A stretch of 25,828 nucleotides of DNA from positions 1-25,828 of IMG/VR virus record IMGVR_UViG_3300005764_001445; one strand, given 5' to 3'. The translations under genes and the position numbers were made by a program. Shown one piece after another: positions 24,500 through 25,828 of the stretch. The notes beneath the pieces are model-generated. The model was not told the DNA's origin. It saw nothing but the letters and a program-made list of their open reading frames with translations, and ran no database searches. This stretch comes from a virus (Duplodnaviria; Caudoviricetes). The first letter of the stretch is position 1. The number at the start of each line of letters is the position of its first letter.

Positions 24500-25005
24500 G
24501 CGGTGAGGTGGCGTTCGGCTGCGCGATCAGTGAGGACCGTCGGCACGGGTCGATCGTGGCGGCGGGGCGGGAGCAGGGCGGGTCGCGGGTGCTGGTGGAC
24601 CTGGACCCGTTTTATGATCATCCGCGGCTGCTGGTGCCCCGTATGGAAGCCTTGTATGAGCGGCATGATCCGGTTGCGGTGGTGGTGAACCCGAAATCGC
24701 AGTCGGCGACGCTGGTGAAGGCTCTCGCGGATGTCGGGATCATCGTCGTTGAGATGACTGCGGAGGATGTCGTGGTCGCGCACGGCGAGTTCCTCGACCT
24801 CGTCAACGACGGGGGCCTGGCGCATCTTGACCAGCGGCCGTTGACGGATGCGGTGCGGGCGGCGCAGCAGCGGCCTCTGGCGGGTGCGCAGGCGTGGGAT
24901 CCGAAGATGCCGGTTGACCAGGGGCCGCTGGTGGCGGCGACGGGGGCTGTGTGGGCGTTCCGCCGCTGGGAGGAACTGGCCGCGCCGTCCGCGTGGGTGA
25001 TCTAG
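24496..25005 (+). CDS. terL: Terminase large subunit, nuclease domain encoded as a separate ORF
   Basis: GTGA overlap; VAFGCAISEDRRHGSIVAAG, LAHLDQRPL..AV..A..RPL..A.AW, D..PLVAAT.A.WA. Confidence 0.82.
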   Translation: MSGEVAFGCAISEDRRHGSIVAAGREQGGSRVLVDLDPFYDHPRLLVPRMEALYERHDPVAVVVNPKSQSATLVKALADVGIIVVEMTAEDVVVAHGEFLDLVNDGGLAHLDQRPLTDAVRAAQQRPLAGAQAWDPKMPVDQGPLVAATGAVWAFRRWEELAAPSAWVI

Positions 25006-25199
25006 GGCTCCGCCGGCGGCGATGGTTCCCTAAACGGGACGATGCGCTGAACAGATCGCATATGCGCCTGCCATGCTTCCTTCGCCTCGCGCTGATTGCC
25101 CTTATTTAGCATTTTCCAGCCACATGGGCAGCCGACGGACCAAACCGAAGTTCGGACCGGGCGGCCAGCCCTTTTCGGGCCCTGCATGTAGTGGTCCAT
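25002..25199 (-). CDS. Small Zn-finger-like protein (antisense moron)
   Basis: CPCGW......AKEAWQAH pattern. Confidence 0.55.
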   Translation of the reverse strand: MDHYMQGPKRAGRPVRTSVWSVGCPCGWKMLNKGNQREAKEAWQAHMRSVQRIVPFREPSPPAEP

Positions 25200-25241
25200 G
25201 ACATTCCGAAGGGTAACTCATGCGCCTGTCTGTCGTTCTGC

Positions 25242-25589
25242 TCATCGCCGCCCTGCCGGGTGTGCTGGACGCCCGAGCATGTTGACGGTCTTGCGGATGT
25301 CGTTCCGCAGCTTGTCGAGATCGATGAGAAGCTGCCGCAGCCGCTGTAGCTGCGGGGGATCGGTGACGGCCGATGGATGTTCGTAAATCAGCATGTCGAT
25401 CGGCACGTTGAATACTTCGGCGAAGGCCGCTGCCTGGGCGATGGTTACTGAGCCGGTCGCTTCAATCGCGGCGATCCTGGACTGCCCGAGGCCGACTTGG
25501 CGGCCGAGTTCGGCCTGGCTAAGGCCTTGCGAGGTCCGGAAGGCCTTTATGCGGCGGCGGCAGGTTTCAACGGTGCTGTCATCAGTCAC
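25242..25589 (-). CDS. XRE-family HTH regulator (antisense moron)
   Basis: IKAFRTSQGLSQAELGRQVGLGQSRIAAIE..A.AFAEVFNVPI. Confidence 0.85.
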   Translation of the reverse strand: MTDDSTVETCRRRIKAFRTSQGLSQAELGRQVGLGQSRIAAIEATGSVTIAQAAAFAEVFNVPIDMLIYEHPSAVTDPPQLQRLRQLLIDLDKLRNDIRKTVNMLGRPAHPAGRR

Positions 25590-25623
25590 AGCGGTAACAC
25601 TACCGCGATAGGTGAGGTTTCAC

Positions 25624-25828
25624 ATGCGCTTGTCGATCGTGCTGTTGCTGCTCGCGCTGCTCGGCGTGCTGGGCGGCGGCGCGCTGATCGGCCCGGCGGC
25701 GCTGGGCGCGTGCCTGATTTTCGACAGCCTGTGCGTGGGCGCGTGGGCGCTGGTGCGGGATGACGGCCGGGAACGCCAGGCGCCGTCGGTGCATGAGGTT
25801 CCGACGCTGCAGCAGGTGCTGGACCGGG
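25624..25828 (+). CDS. Small membrane protein at the start of the head operon (3'-truncated; not in ORF track)
   Basis: AGGTGAGG SD; MRLSIVLLLLALLGVLGGGALIGPAALGACLIFDSLCVGAWALVRDD..; open to the window end. Confidence 0.65.
   Translation, partial: MRLSIVLLLLALLGVLGGGALIGPAALGACLIFDSLCVGAWALVRDDGRERQAPSVHEVPTLQQVLDR

Larger units (their letters stand above)
1..25828. mobile_element. Temperate actinobacterial siphophage or phage-plasmid (most of the genome; head genes lie outside the window)
   Basis: Complete siphoviral synteny with no host housekeeping genes. Confidence 0.93.

Noticed and set aside
1-25828. tRNA genes, reverse transcriptase/DGR, IS elements
   Set aside because: No supporting motifs seen by eye; tRNAscan-SE or Infernal would be needed to exclude small RNAs

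Overview
High-GC actinobacterial temperate siphophage. The window runs contiguously through tail genes (tail tube, chaperone with a probable -1 frameshift, tape measure with lytic transglycosylase domain, minor tails), a secreted GH12-like glycanase, lysis, a leftward operon, a regulatory/immunity region, early and replication genes, and finally HNH, terS, a split terL and the start of the head operon. No integrase, att cassette or ParA was recognised, although the window covers both the usual integration slot (lysis to repressor) and the expected genome-end region (HNH to terS). That slot instead holds an actinomycete plasmid/AICE-type transfer module: a membrane-anchored FtsK/TraB-like ATPase, a DUF2637/SpdA-like protein and small membrane proteins. 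This suggests a phage-plasmid that might also spread by TraB-type conjugation. Other notable points: a replication initiator that appears broken by an inserted C5 methyltransferase, leaving a 9 x 12-bp iteron array outside any gene; two paralogous ribbon-helix-helix-like genes around a double-palindrome promoter; and atypical catalytic residues in the GH12, HNH and terminase nuclease. All family calls come from reading motifs by eye; no searches were run.
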